A stretch of 64,000 nucleotides of DNA, taken from IMG/VR virus record IMGVR_UViG_3300027710_000009; one strand, given 5' to 3'. The translations under genes and the position numbers were made by a program. Numbering within the stretch: the stretch's first letter is position 1; the number at the start of each line of letters is the position of its first letter. Origin of the DNA: a virus (Duplodnaviria; Heunggongvirae; Uroviricota; Caudoviricetes). Of the stretch, positions 47,021-56,190 are shown one piece after another. The notes under the pieces were generated by a model, which was not told the DNA's origin, did no database searches, and saw only the letters and a program-made list of their open reading frames with translations.

Positions 47021-47847
47021 ACTCGTTCCAATAACTTTTTTACACCAAACATCTGCGATCTATCCATGCTCTGCGCCACGTGAATCATTGCAGTTGGTCG
47101 CAAATACAAGTGCTGGCACATGGCCATGTACCGATCATGAAAGTGAGTCCACACATGATCGGGCTGAACACATCTAATGTATCTCAATCCAGTTTTCAAC
47201 AATGCACTGGGTATCATACCATGTTGATTGTAAATGGTCACAGGGTTAGTGTCAACTTGTTTTTTGGTATAACGTATGCCAATTCTGTTCCACCAAAGAT
47301 CCATGCTCTTGCTTAGACTCATAAACACACTGGTCACAGCAGGATGTGAAAAATCAAACTTGATGCCACGGGCCGCACCCAACCAAGCACAATCCAAATG
47401 CACCTCACAGCCTTTGCTCAGTGCTTCGTCTAGAATTTCATACTGCTTTGGATGCAAGCCCAGATATCCAGGACTGGGCAAGGCCATTAGTATGGGTTTC
47501 CTGGGCACCAGATACCCTAACTCCGCATAGTCGATAACAGGATCCAGACGCTGATAGTACTTGTAATCGTGTTCAAATATTTGCAGTCCGTCCAATCCGT
47601 GTTGCATGATCAAACTGTCAATGGCATGATTACATCCCATGATTGCTTCGCGCACAGAGAACGTGTTCAGGCCTGTGATGGTGTTTAGTTTTGTGGCTTG
47701 GAAATAACGATCTGCTTCTTGTATGAACGTTTGCTGTAGTTGATCAAAATTTTGATCATATACCGAGCACTGGCCTGTGTGCAGATTCTTCAGCCACGGC
47801 GTGGATATGGTGGGCAGATCTGCAGTCAGTAGTTTTGCATCAAACAT
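47017..47847 (-). CDS. PLP-dependent class I/II aminotransferase-like protein (short)
   Basis: VHLDCAW (DxAY-like) and SLSK...NRIGIR motifs. Confidence 0.55.
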   Translation of the reverse strand: MFDAKLLTADLPTISTPWLKNLHTGQCSVYDQNFDQLQQTFIQEADRYFQATKLNTITGLNTFSVREAIMGCNHAIDSLIMQHGLDGLQIFEHDYKYYQRLDPVIDYAELGYLVPRKPILMALPSPGYLGLHPKQYEILDEALSKGCEVHLDCAWLGAARGIKFDFSHPAVTSVFMSLSKSMDLWWNRIGIRYTKKQVDTNPVTIYNQHGMIPSALLKTGLRYIRCVQPDHVWTHFHDRYMAMCQHLYLRPTAMIHVAQSMDRSQMFGVKKLLERV

Positions 47848-48373
47848 AGGTATGTATCACAATGGCCTGCTTGTTTTGAAACTGATCAAACACTCCACCG
47901 CTGTGATACAGTCGTGTGTCCCACCATACCAAATCACCTCTATGCCACTGGTATCGTGCTTGCAATGTTGGATTTGTGGGTGGTGTACCACCTGTGTCTA
48001 GTTCACAAAAAACATCAGTGGTGGCAAGATTGCACAAGGCAGGATCATAATTCACACTTACCGGAATCAAACAACTGGCATATACTTCACCGTCTACTGG
48101 GCGTATGTCACTATGCACACCAAACGGCTGATCAAGATCAGCGTACATGCCAAACACCAGTTTCAGATCACGTTGAAAATACTCACACAGTCGTGTCATG
48201 AACTTTTGTTTGAACCAAAGATATCCTCGGTGTTGATGGTCAACGCCATAACAGAGTCCACTGGGGCGGGCGGGCTGACTAGGAAATCGTAGAAAAATGT
48301 CAACTGCTTGTTGCAGTTCTTGTTCAGGGTAAAAGTCTACTACTAGTCCTGTTTCATTTTTTACTTTTATCAT
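47840..48373 (-). CDS. 2OG-Fe(II) oxygenase-like protein
   Basis: VHSD...LIP...W.RGDL.WWD..LYH. Confidence 0.6.
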   Translation of the reverse strand: MIKVKNETGLVVDFYPEQELQQAVDIFLRFPSQPARPSGLCYGVDHQHRGYLWFKQKFMTRLCEYFQRDLKLVFGMYADLDQPFGVHSDIRPVDGEVYASCLIPVSVNYDPALCNLATTDVFCELDTGGTPPTNPTLQARYQWHRGDLVWWDTRLYHSGGVFDQFQNKQAIVIHTYV

Positions 48374-48488
48374 GTTTCACCTGGTTATGATAACCTGGTT
48401 TGCCGTCGATGTCTACTAAAAATTTGTATGCATGATAACCAGCAAACAACACTGTAAGCATCGCCGCCCACCCAAAAATTTCTCTCAT
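48354..48488 (-). CDS. 44-aa membrane peptide (not in ORF track)
   Basis: MREIFGWAAMLTVLFAGYHAYKF...; ATGA overlap with upstream gene. Confidence 0.5.
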   Translation of the reverse strand: MREIFGWAAMLTVLFAGYHAYKFLVDIDGKPGYHNQVKHDKSKK

Positions 48489-48868
48489 GTTACATTAGCA
48501 ATCCACAGTACCATTGCAATGTACGTAAGGCAATGGGCAAGTTGGTCAGCGCCAAGCCACATCCAGAATTCATTGTCTTTGACAGACAACTTGCGCCAAC
48601 GGTTGATGTTCATTTTCAACCAGTCAATGTGATAATGTACTAGACTATCAAACAGTGCTGTGAATACTGCTATAAAGGTATTTTGGAAAACTGCGTACAT
48701 TATGATCCACGTCAACAGACCATGTATCAAACTGTGATGAATGCCACCCTCGGCACCATAGGTGCCTTTTTGTTCCACCATGTAGTTGAACTGCACCACA
48801 AAGTCTGCAAACCAGTGTTTGATAAACAATAAGGTCAGCACCAATAGTGCCAGTTGAACATCAGTCAT
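48485..48868 (-). CDS. DUF3307-like membrane protein
   Basis: KHWFADFVVQ, HSLIH, HYHID, G.DQLAH. Confidence 0.8.
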   Translation of the reverse strand: MTDVQLALLVLTLLFIKHWFADFVVQFNYMVEQKGTYGAEGGIHHSLIHGLLTWIIMYAVFQNTFIAVFTALFDSLVHYHIDWLKMNINRWRKLSVKDNEFWMWLGADQLAHCLTYIAMVLWIANVT

Positions 48869-49254
48869 AGTTGATCCTCTGGAATGGGCAGATCATCATA
48901 GTACATGTCGCCAATGTCTTTTGTATAGCTCAAGACCAGATCTTCTGCAATCATTGTGTATTTAACCGAGTCCCAGGCCACATTTGATTCAATTCCCCGT
49001 TCTGCACACTCAGCAACATACGCTGGTTCAAAGTCAGGATTGATCCATTTGAATGCCTGTTCCTGACCAGGCACATGCAGATTAACTTCATATACTATTT
49101 GTGTTCTGCAGTCAAATACCACAGAACAATAGTCTGAACTGGCGACGTCTACAAAATCAATGTATCGTGAATTTGGTCCATAGCAGTTCCAAAGATAATC
49201 TGATCCATCTGAAACACGTGCGCCTGTGGCAGTGATAATTTCAAGTAAGGTCAT
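48865..49254 (-). CDS. Hypothetical protein
   Basis: GSDYLWNCYG motif. Confidence 0.75.
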   Translation of the reverse strand: MTLLEIITATGARVSDGSDYLWNCYGPNSRYIDFVDVASSDYCSVVFDCRTQIVYEVNLHVPGQEQAFKWINPDFEPAYVAECAERGIESNVAWDSVKYTMIAEDLVLSYTKDIGDMYYDDLPIPEDQL

Positions 49255-49370
49255 GGGTTGTTCCGTTTGGTTGGGTCTGGTGTTTTGGGTGTGGGCACAA
49301 TAGGCTCCACTCGCCGTGGCTGTTTTGGCGGTGAGTAAACAGGAGGGGCAACAGGGGTAATGGGTATCAT
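49251..49370 (-). CDS. 39-aa proline-rich peptide (not in ORF track)
   Basis: MIPITPVAPPVYSPPKQPRRVEPIVPTPKTPDPTKRNNP; ATGA overlaps at both ends. Confidence 0.55.
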   Translation of the reverse strand: MIPITPVAPPVYSPPKQPRRVEPIVPTPKTPDPTKRNNP

Positions 49371-49573
49371 CTGATCAACATCAAATTCATTTTGCGCATG
49401 AGTTGAGATTCAACCTGGCGCCAAAAACGATGCGCCCAAGTGTCTGGGTACACCGTGTTTAATACACCACGCACATTGTCCAGTTTGCGTCCAATAGATT
49501 CGATATCGTCGCCCACTATAGTTGCTCCTCTAGTGAATTCTAACATTGAAATTTTACGATTTCTGTTGCGCAT
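49367..49573 (-). CDS. Small hypothetical protein
   Basis: GGAGG SD before ATG 49573. Confidence 0.65.
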   Translation of the reverse strand: MRNRNRKISMLEFTRGATIVGDDIESIGRKLDNVRGVLNTVYPDTWAHRFWRQVESQLMRKMNLMLIR

Positions 49574-49575
49574 TG

Positions 49576-49746
49576 TCAAGCCTCCCAATCAGTGCTCCGG
49601 AGCTCAAACTCTTCCTGTATCTCTTCCTGCACCTGCTCCAGTTTTGCTAGTATAGCATCACGCACAGGCTCGGGCAAGAACAAACTAGGCACTTGATAAA
49701 TCAAATTATCAAAGTCCTCTAACCATTGTTCATTACGAGTTGCCAT
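49576..49746 (-). CDS. 56-aa acidic hypothetical protein (not in ORF track)
   Basis: MATRNEQWLEDF...DWEA; GGAG SD; fills the gap between neighbours. Confidence 0.65.
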   Translation of the reverse strand: MATRNEQWLEDFDNLIYQVPSLFLPEPVRDAILAKLEQVQEEIQEEFELRSTDWEA

Positions 49747-49748
49747 GG

Positions 49749-49946
49749 TTAGGCTCCGTAGTAAGGACTGTAGATTTCGTCCACTTCAGGCACATCCACA
49801 ATGTCTTGATTGCTTACGCCAAATGTTTCTAGTGTAGCAAGTACATCTTTGAGCGGACAATTCAAAAGCTTCGCAATCATGCGAGCATCATGTCCATCAA
49901 TAAACATTTCTTGGATGTCATAATCCAGTTCAGCCATTTTGCTCAT
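49749..49946 (-). CDS. Small hypothetical protein
   Basis: MSKMAELDYDIQEM; GGAG SD. Confidence 0.7.
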   Translation of the reverse strand: MSKMAELDYDIQEMFIDGHDARMIAKLLNCPLKDVLATLETFGVSNQDIVDVPEVDEIYSPYYGA

Positions 49947-49965
49947 ACATTTCTCCAATTAAAAA

Positions 49966-50451
49966 TTAACGCCAAACACGATGCTTTTCAGCAACCCATT
50001 CGCTACCATCATACTCATCAATTTCCCAGTCTACATCTGCTGGAATCTCAACAACCTTTAGTTCTGCGTGACGTCCGTTTGCACGATCACCCAGTTCTTC
50101 TACCACTTGCACAAGATACGGATCATCACGTGCTAGATCGCGATCATGGAACACGGTGCGACTGTATGCGGCATTGTGTGCTTGGCGTTCTGCCAAAGTC
50201 ATCTCATGCCAGTTGTCAGGGTCACCCTTGATCTGTTCCTCTGGCGGTACTAGATAGTAGTTAAACGGAATCAAGCCGCCAAACTTCTCGTTGGCTTGTG
50301 TCCACACAGGGATGCCACACTTGTCAAGATATGCCAGGATACCTTCATGACTGAGTCCAAAGCCACCGTGACAACTATTGATCACCACCTTACGCACACC
50401 TTTGAGGTGTGCAATAAAGCGTTCTTGTTCTTGTACTGTCAACTGCGACAT
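49966..50451 (-). CDS. Conserved phage hypothetical protein
   Basis: KVVINSCHGGFGLS...RDDPYLVQVVEELG...EYDG.EWVAE. Confidence 0.8.
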   Translation of the reverse strand: MSQLTVQEQERFIAHLKGVRKVVINSCHGGFGLSHEGILAYLDKCGIPVWTQANEKFGGLIPFNYYLVPPEEQIKGDPDNWHEMTLAERQAHNAAYSRTVFHDRDLARDDPYLVQVVEELGDRANGRHAELKVVEIPADVDWEIDEYDGSEWVAEKHRVWR

Positions 50452-50452
50452 A

Positions 50453-50779
50453 TCAATCTGCTCGTGAGCTCATGTATGCATCGATACCAAATTGGCGCAA
50501 GGTGTCGGCATAGGCTTGTGCGCCTGCTTCTTTGATGTCCATGCTCTGCGTGAAGCTACCACCTGGGTTCCACAAGCTCAGGCCACCACTGTATTCTTTG
50601 CGGAAGCCCACGCCTTTGAGCGCACGGCCTAGTTTGGTTGATGCTTTTTCACGCACCACTACCCAGGCAAAACCACAGTAGCCAGGCTCGCCGTGTTTGG
50701 CGCGGAACTCTGCTTCTGCCTTTTGTGCGGCCGCGGTTGCAGTATTGTGGATAGATTCGATGTTGTCAAGTGCAATCAT
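50453..50779 (-). CDS. Conserved phage hypothetical protein
   Basis: CGFAWV...TQSMDIKEAGA.AYA..L...GI. Confidence 0.8.
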   Translation of the reverse strand: MIALDNIESIHNTATAAAQKAEAEFRAKHGEPGYCGFAWVVVREKASTKLGRALKGVGFRKEYSGGLSLWNPGGSFTQSMDIKEAGAQAYADTLRQFGIDAYMSSRAD

Positions 50780-51150
50780 TATGCTACCTTTCTGAAATAA
50801 CCGTAGGGCAGGCCTACACAAAAACAAAAATATTCAAAGTCGCCTGTGGCGCCTTCGGCATCCATAAGCCATGCAATCACACGCTCACGGTTGGTACCAG
50901 GGTGCATGAGATTTGCCACACGGTCTTCAAACTCCACAATGGCACGAGCTTCGGCCTCTCGGCGAGCAATTTCTTCTTGCTCAATGGCACGACCCAGCAC
51001 CTTGAACTCAGCGTCAAAGTCCTCAAGGGTCCAAGCGGACGTATCAACACCACGTGGGCGAACGCCATAGGCATCCTTGTACATGTCCCAATACATGCAT
51101 TGGGCTTGCTCTAGTGCAGACAACTCTTCCCAACTTTTGAACTGTTCCAT
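50779..51150 (-). CDS. Conserved phage early hypothetical protein
   Basis: DMYKDAYGVRPR...GLPYGYF; AAGGAGC SD. Confidence 0.8.
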   Translation of the reverse strand: MEQFKSWEELSALEQAQCMYWDMYKDAYGVRPRGVDTSAWTLEDFDAEFKVLGRAIEQEEIARREAEARAIVEFEDRVANLMHPGTNRERVIAWLMDAEGATGDFEYFCFCVGLPYGYFRKVA

Positions 51151-51179
51151 CTTGGCTCCTTATTACTTAATATACTTCG

Positions 51180-51216
51180 TATTATAGGTGAAATGGGCTT
51201 TTTGGTCAACCGTTTT
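51180..51216 (-). promoter_or_regulatory. Early promoter TTGACC-17-TATAAT
   Basis: Shares AAAAACGGTTGACCAAAAAGCCCATTTC with the promoter at 12586. Confidence 0.88.
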
Positions 51217-51545
51217 TATACCTTGGCAATCCTGTACGTAACCCCTTGATTTGTTAGTACTTTTGTAATACCTTGGGCTTCGTAGTCCTGCTCCAACAGG
51301 GCTAGATTCTTGCGATCCCGAACTGTGGGCTTGTCAATTTTGATTGCAATAAACTTGGTGCGAGGGTTGATGTAGATGCCTTTTGCAGAGTAGCAAAGTT
51401 CCAGGCCCAGCTTCATGCGTTCGGCACGAACACGCTCGGCGTCGGTGTAGTGACTCCACATTGCAGTGGCTCGCATGCGAGCGTCACGTGCGGCGGCGTA
51501 GGCATAGTAGCCTGCGCTTTGTGTGTCTAGCTCTTTTTCTTTCAT
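51216..51545 (-). CDS. Early hypothetical protein
   Basis: Own promoter and AAAGGAGC SD. Confidence 0.8.
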   Translation of the reverse strand: MKEKELDTQSAGYYAYAAARDARMRATAMWSHYTDAERVRAERMKLGLELCYSAKGIYINPRTKFIAIKIDKPTVRDRKNLALLEQDYEAQGITKVLTNQGVTYRIAKV

Positions 51546-51574
51546 GCTGGGCTCCTTTGTTTAACTTAGCCTAC

Positions 51575-51603
51575 AGTATAGCAAAAGGGCAAATAATCGT
51601 CAA
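51575..51603 (-). promoter_or_regulatory. Early promoter TTGACG-17-TATACT
   Basis: Consensus hexamers. Confidence 0.8.
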
Positions 51604-51630
51604 CCAAACTGTTGTTGCAAAAAACCCACA

Positions 51631-51659
51631 AAAAAACCCTAGCAAATACTAGGGTTTTT
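51631..51659 (-). terminator. Terminator ending the glycosylation operon
   Basis: AAAAACCCTAG-caaata-CTAGGGTTTTT. Confidence 0.85.
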
Positions 51660-51662
51660 GTA

Positions 51663-52493
51663 CTACTTTTGTAATACTGCTAACAGTTCGGGTTTTCTGC
51701 TGAGTTGATGCTTGCTAACCAACTCAATGATGTCTGGCAGTAGCTCAGGCTGATTTGCTTTCAGCTTGTCTACTGCAAACTCCACTAGATCCATGTGCTT
51801 GCGTTGGAACAAGGCATTGATGATGTGATGCCAGTAATGGTAGTTCCATCCTGTCCATTTTAATTCTTTGCAGTAAAGTTCAGCAGTCTCGCGCTTGCTG
51901 AATCCAAGTACATTCCATATGCCATGAAAACCAAATGAGTTATTGTAGAAGCCAAGTTCGTAGCTGAAGTGACTTGCAACATGTGTGGGTGCGAACTCAA
52001 CGTTATATCGTTGTTCTAGCAAAGGACGAAAGTTGCGTCCAATGCTTGCATCTTCTTGTGCAAAATTATGTTCTGGCAACAACACAACTTCGGGATCTAA
52101 ACAAGCATTCAGTAGCTTGCGGCTACGCAAACTAAAGCCGCCGTTGCCTACATCTCGTCCTTGTGGTTCGTTGGGCCAAGGTGCGCCAATGTAATCGTAC
52201 TTTAAGAAATCGTCTGTCCAACGGTCAGGTTTGTTGGCCATACCGTCCCATTGTACATACAACGCATGATCTGTTTGAATTAAATCTGCAATACCTTTCA
52301 ACATGATCAAATTGTATTGGGTCATGTCATTCACAGGTGCAGTTTGTATCAGTCCTGCACCAGGTAGGATTTCTCTGTCACTAATGGTCAGTACATCTTT
52401 AACATCCACACATTTCATTGTTTGCTCAATGGCAAACTTTGTTAGTTCGTGATGCTGGTAATCAATGGCAACAATGGTTATGCTTTTGGTCAT
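51663..52493 (-). CDS. DUF5672-like putative glycosyltransferase
   Basis: Q.DG, YDYIGAPW, VGNGGFSLRS, ED, FGFHG. Confidence 0.75.
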   Translation of the reverse strand: MTKSITIVAIDYQHHELTKFAIEQTMKCVDVKDVLTISDREILPGAGLIQTAPVNDMTQYNLIMLKGIADLIQTDHALYVQWDGMANKPDRWTDDFLKYDYIGAPWPNEPQGRDVGNGGFSLRSRKLLNACLDPEVVLLPEHNFAQEDASIGRNFRPLLEQRYNVEFAPTHVASHFSYELGFYNNSFGFHGIWNVLGFSKRETAELYCKELKWTGWNYHYWHHIINALFQRKHMDLVEFAVDKLKANQPELLPDIIELVSKHQLSRKPELLAVLQK

Positions 52494-53326
52494 GACAGTA
52501 GTTGTATGGTTCGTTGTTTGTTTGGAAACTCTTCTTGTTGCATCCAGTCCACAAGCTCTTGACGCACAGCACTTGCTTTGATGTGTTGCACTTGAGATTC
52601 TAGTAGATCCATGTAACCCATTGCGCTCATGGTAACAATAGTATGGTGAGCACGATGTACTTCATTCCAGGTGTTGGCAGGGGCATTGTTGACAAAATAC
52701 TCCACTGTGTCGCGAGGCATAAACTGTACAATGTTCCAGAAGCCATGATGCGCCATGGCATTGAATCCACCTTCGTTAAGTTCCATTGCAAATTGATCTG
52801 CAACAGGGGCCTGTGCAAACACAATACCTTGTGACTCTAGCCACGGACGATGCTTGATAGCAATGTAGTTGTCTTCTTGTACACCGTGTTCTGGATCGTT
52901 AGGGTCCAATTGAATGTGCGGTGCTTGTAGTGCTTCTAGCAGTCGACGGCTACGCAAACTAAAGCCACCATTGCCTACATTTTGGCCATGTGGTCTCCAA
53001 GGCCATGTTGCACCAATATAGTCGTTTAGTAAAAAGTAGTCGCGCCACTTGCTACCGTCATGCACCATTGCATCCCATTGTTGGAAGATAACAAACGGTG
53101 TTTCCACATGCTCCAACATGCCTTTGAGCAACAGATTGCAATAGCTGAGCATGTCGCCATGTTTGATTGGCACGTGTTTTGCGCCGGGCAAAAAGTCTTG
53201 ATCACTAAACACTAGGGCGTGTTTGAATGGCACACGAGCCAGAGTTTCCTCCATTGCTCGCTTGGCCAAGCCATGATACATGGTTTCGATTGTAACTAGA
53301 GTTACGTCATCGCGGGTGTATGTCAT
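52490..53326 (-). CDS. DUF5672-like putative glycosyltransferase (paralog)
   Basis: QWDA, DYIGATW, VGNGGFSLRS, QED. Confidence 0.75.
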   Translation of the reverse strand: MTYTRDDVTLVTIETMYHGLAKRAMEETLARVPFKHALVFSDQDFLPGAKHVPIKHGDMLSYCNLLLKGMLEHVETPFVIFQQWDAMVHDGSKWRDYFLLNDYIGATWPWRPHGQNVGNGGFSLRSRRLLEALQAPHIQLDPNDPEHGVQEDNYIAIKHRPWLESQGIVFAQAPVADQFAMELNEGGFNAMAHHGFWNIVQFMPRDTVEYFVNNAPANTWNEVHRAHHTIVTMSAMGYMDLLESQVQHIKASAVRQELVDWMQQEEFPNKQRTIQLLS

Positions 53327-54561
53327 TGAATATCTACTTTAGGAAAGTATTTTAGGAACTTGTCATTTGTGTTATGACGCCGATCAACGATCTTTTTCTT
53401 GATATCATCAAAGTAGTTCCATGCTAGAGGAATAAACAACACCTTGTCATCTGCACCGTACTTGTCCAAATAGCTGATAGGCACAACAGGAATACTCATG
53501 CCAGGTGAGAATGTGCCTTGCTTGAGTTCGTTGTCGTCAATGATAAAGTCTAGTTTGATCTTGCTGAAGTTCAGCAGAGTATTGCCTTTGGCGGCAGCAC
53601 CATATCCGCCCAGCACATAGCCCTTGCGTTTGTACAACTCAACAAAGGTTTTGAGTTCATCTACCAGGCGTAGGGTGTTTGCGGCCCAGGCCGCATACGT
53701 GTTGTCGTTGTACAAACCAATGGCATGTTCCATGGCCACAATGTTTTTCACACGCTCACGCTGTGGCCGGCGGCTTAGAATAAACACATAGCTGGTGCCA
53801 TGGATAGGTGTTTTGATTGCATCAACTAGATACAAGCCTGCACGTTCTGCCAGTGCGCTCATGCTCTTGACATTGAAGAAGCTGATGTGCTCATGATAGA
53901 TTGTGTCAAACTCTGAGTTAGGAACCATGTCTGCTTGACTGGTTGAAATAAACATCAAGCTGTGGTCACTCATGATACTGCGCACTGTTTTCAAGTATGC
54001 CAGTGGATCAGGAATGTGTGCAAACGCATTCTGGCTGGTGATAATATCCACTGTACCATCCACTGTACGTGCGGCAATTTGTCGAGCAGTATCGTCATTC
54101 CAGAAACTGACTTGCACATCATGTCCATTGCGACTGCTGGTCTTGTACAAGTTCTTGGCAGGATCGACACCGTAGGTCTTGACTCCAAGATCTGCAAAGA
54201 AGTTCAGCTGACTACCGTCGTTGCAACCAATGTCTAGTACAGTTGCAGGAAAGCGACTTGCTGTTGACACAAACGTTTCTTGTGCAAACTTGGCATACCA
54301 AGACATGTACTTCATGTAGCTTGGACTTGTGCCCGAAACATACAGATAGTGTTCGTAAATCAACTTGGGATTAACAGCATGTGTCAATTGCAAGTGATGG
54401 CATTCCTCACACATGTTAACAGCAAGCGGAAAATACGGCTCGCTGTCTGTGGCTTCTTCTTTGAACGCATTGGCCAATGGCTGATCGTTTAGATCAAGAA
54501 TGGGTACCAGTTCACCGCTACCGCATGCCAGGCAATTGCCTAGTTTGGTTGTATCTTTCAT
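53323..54561 (-). CDS. NDP-hexose C-methyltransferase
   Basis: Zn site CLAC...CEEC, DIGCNDG, IYHEH, YGAAAKGNTLLN, LAWNY. Confidence 0.88.
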   Translation of the reverse strand: MKDTTKLGNCLACGSGELVPILDLNDQPLANAFKEEATDSEPYFPLAVNMCEECHHLQLTHAVNPKLIYEHYLYVSGTSPSYMKYMSWYAKFAQETFVSTASRFPATVLDIGCNDGSQLNFFADLGVKTYGVDPAKNLYKTSSRNGHDVQVSFWNDDTARQIAARTVDGTVDIITSQNAFAHIPDPLAYLKTVRSIMSDHSLMFISTSQADMVPNSEFDTIYHEHISFFNVKSMSALAERAGLYLVDAIKTPIHGTSYVFILSRRPQRERVKNIVAMEHAIGLYNDNTYAAWAANTLRLVDELKTFVELYKRKGYVLGGYGAAAKGNTLLNFSKIKLDFIIDDNELKQGTFSPGMSIPVVPISYLDKYGADDKVLFIPLAWNYFDDIKKKIVDRRHNTNDKFLKYFPKVDIQ

Positions 54562-55481
54562 TTGTCTAATATCGCTTCCAGTGCGTTAAAAATTTTAAGG
54601 TTATCAAAACTCTTTGAGCAAGCCCATTGTGTTTCATTTTCGCAAGTGAGATTGTTCACTGGCGGTGTTTGTCTAGCATAGCACCCTGTACAAGAAACAT
54701 CGCTCAATACCACAGTGATGTCTTTACCAAATTCTCCACCACGCCATGGCAGGATCTGTTCAGGAAGTAGGTGGCTAATTAATGCCACAATGGGAGTGGT
54801 TGTGGTTCCAGCAATATGGAACGGTCCTGAATCTGGTCCAACAAATGCACGTGCGCGGCTAATAAGATATTGAATTTCTCCCACTGACAACTGACCAACC
54901 AAGTTGATAAACTCAGTGGTGTTGGGTGGAACAGTGTAATCATACTTGGCGCCAACTGATACAATTTTAACACCTGGATACTTGTTTTGCAACCTAGTGA
55001 ACAATGAACTCCAGATTTCTAAATCAATGTTTTTGTTTTCCCATGCCCAACGGCGCATGTGAACCACAATGTAATCGCTGCCAATTTCTGCCACAGCATC
55101 GTCTACTGCTTCTTTTTCTTCCGCAGTAGGAAACATCTCAGGACTGTGATCAATTGCATCAATGTTGGCGCCAAATGCACGATGTAAGTAGCTGTCTACA
55201 TAGTGGCTGGTCACTTGTTTTTCATATGCATCATTGAGATTTAGATATATGTCCCAGGGATCAGATTTCTGCATGTCAGCAGGCATGACCACACTGTCAA
55301 CATGTGGATTGTTTTTTAGAATGCCTGGTTCATCAGTTACCACTTGCATCCAGGCTTCGGGGTATCTCTTGCGCATCTCGCGAAGCACAGGAGTGATCAT
55401 CACAAGATCTCCCAGTGCCGCACGGCGGTCAATCAATACACGTGTTTGGTGTCCACCCTTATACGGTGCTGGTTTGTACAT
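54558..55481 (-). CDS. GT9 (heptosyltransferase-like) glycosyltransferase; likely start 55481
   Basis: ALGDLVM.TP, NNPHVD, FVGPDSGPFHIA, C.GC...C. Confidence 0.85.
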   Translation of the reverse strand: MYKPAPYKGGHQTRVLIDRRAALGDLVMITPVLREMRKRYPEAWMQVVTDEPGILKNNPHVDSVVMPADMQKSDPWDIYLNLNDAYEKQVTSHYVDSYLHRAFGANIDAIDHSPEMFPTAEEKEAVDDAVAEIGSDYIVVHMRRWAWENKNIDLEIWSSLFTRLQNKYPGVKIVSVGAKYDYTVPPNTTEFINLVGQLSVGEIQYLISRARAFVGPDSGPFHIAGTTTTPIVALISHLLPEQILPWRGGEFGKDITVVLSDVSCTGCYARQTPPVNNLTCENETQWACSKSFDNLKIFNALEAILDK

Positions 55482-56190
55482 ATTCGCTTTCTGGGTAAAG
55501 ATTGTCAAAGTGCCAGCCTGGTGTGTGCTTGCCTGGTGTGCTGGCAATTTCAAACCAAGTTGGATTCTTGCTAGCAATCCAGGCTTCGTGATCATAACGG
55601 AAGTTGCCGCCATCATACACTGCACCTGTATAAGGACTTGGAGTGTTCCACGGCAGTTGTTCTGGTGCCACCAGTGCATCTAGTTTGGTAACATAGTCGC
55701 TGTGACTCCACCAAAAGTTGCCTGAACTGTGCAACCACGGTTGTTCAATAATGTTGGTGCCCACTAGGTCGTATCCTGAGTCTAGTTTTTCCACGCATTC
55801 TTGCCAACGGTCAATCATGTTGTATTCCATGAAGTTGCGCCAATCAATTACTCGTTGATCTCCTAGTCTACTCAAACCTTTAAGGTGAAAGTAAAGCATA
55901 TTAAAACTATCGCCATTGGCAGCATCGGCATTGCGTTTTACCAAATCCAAGGTAGGGTATTCCCACAGGTCTGTGCGGTTGCTGGTATGGTACCACTTGA
56001 CATTGCGGTATTCCGACATCACCTCTTGAGCTGGTACAAAATTATCTGGATTGCCATTGGAACACATGAGAACTGTGTGTGCTTGTTCCAACAGTCCGGT
56101 ATCTAGCAAACGTGTGAGTTGTTCGCCTAGTAGATCAAATGCACCTGGCATGTCGTTCAAGTGCATGAATATTTTAATAGGTTTTGTCAT
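55459..56190 (-). CDS. Hypothetical glycan-related protein
   Basis: EYPTL, LYFHLKG, WR.FMEY, HSSGNFWW. Confidence 0.7.
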   Translation of the reverse strand: MTKPIKIFMHLNDMPGAFDLLGEQLTRLLDTGLLEQAHTVLMCSNGNPDNFVPAQEVMSEYRNVKWYHTSNRTDLWEYPTLDLVKRNADAANGDSFNMLYFHLKGLSRLGDQRVIDWRNFMEYNMIDRWQECVEKLDSGYDLVGTNIIEQPWLHSSGNFWWSHSDYVTKLDALVAPEQLPWNTPSPYTGAVYDGGNFRYDHEAWIASKNPTWFEIASTPGKHTPGWHFDNLYPESEYVQTSTV

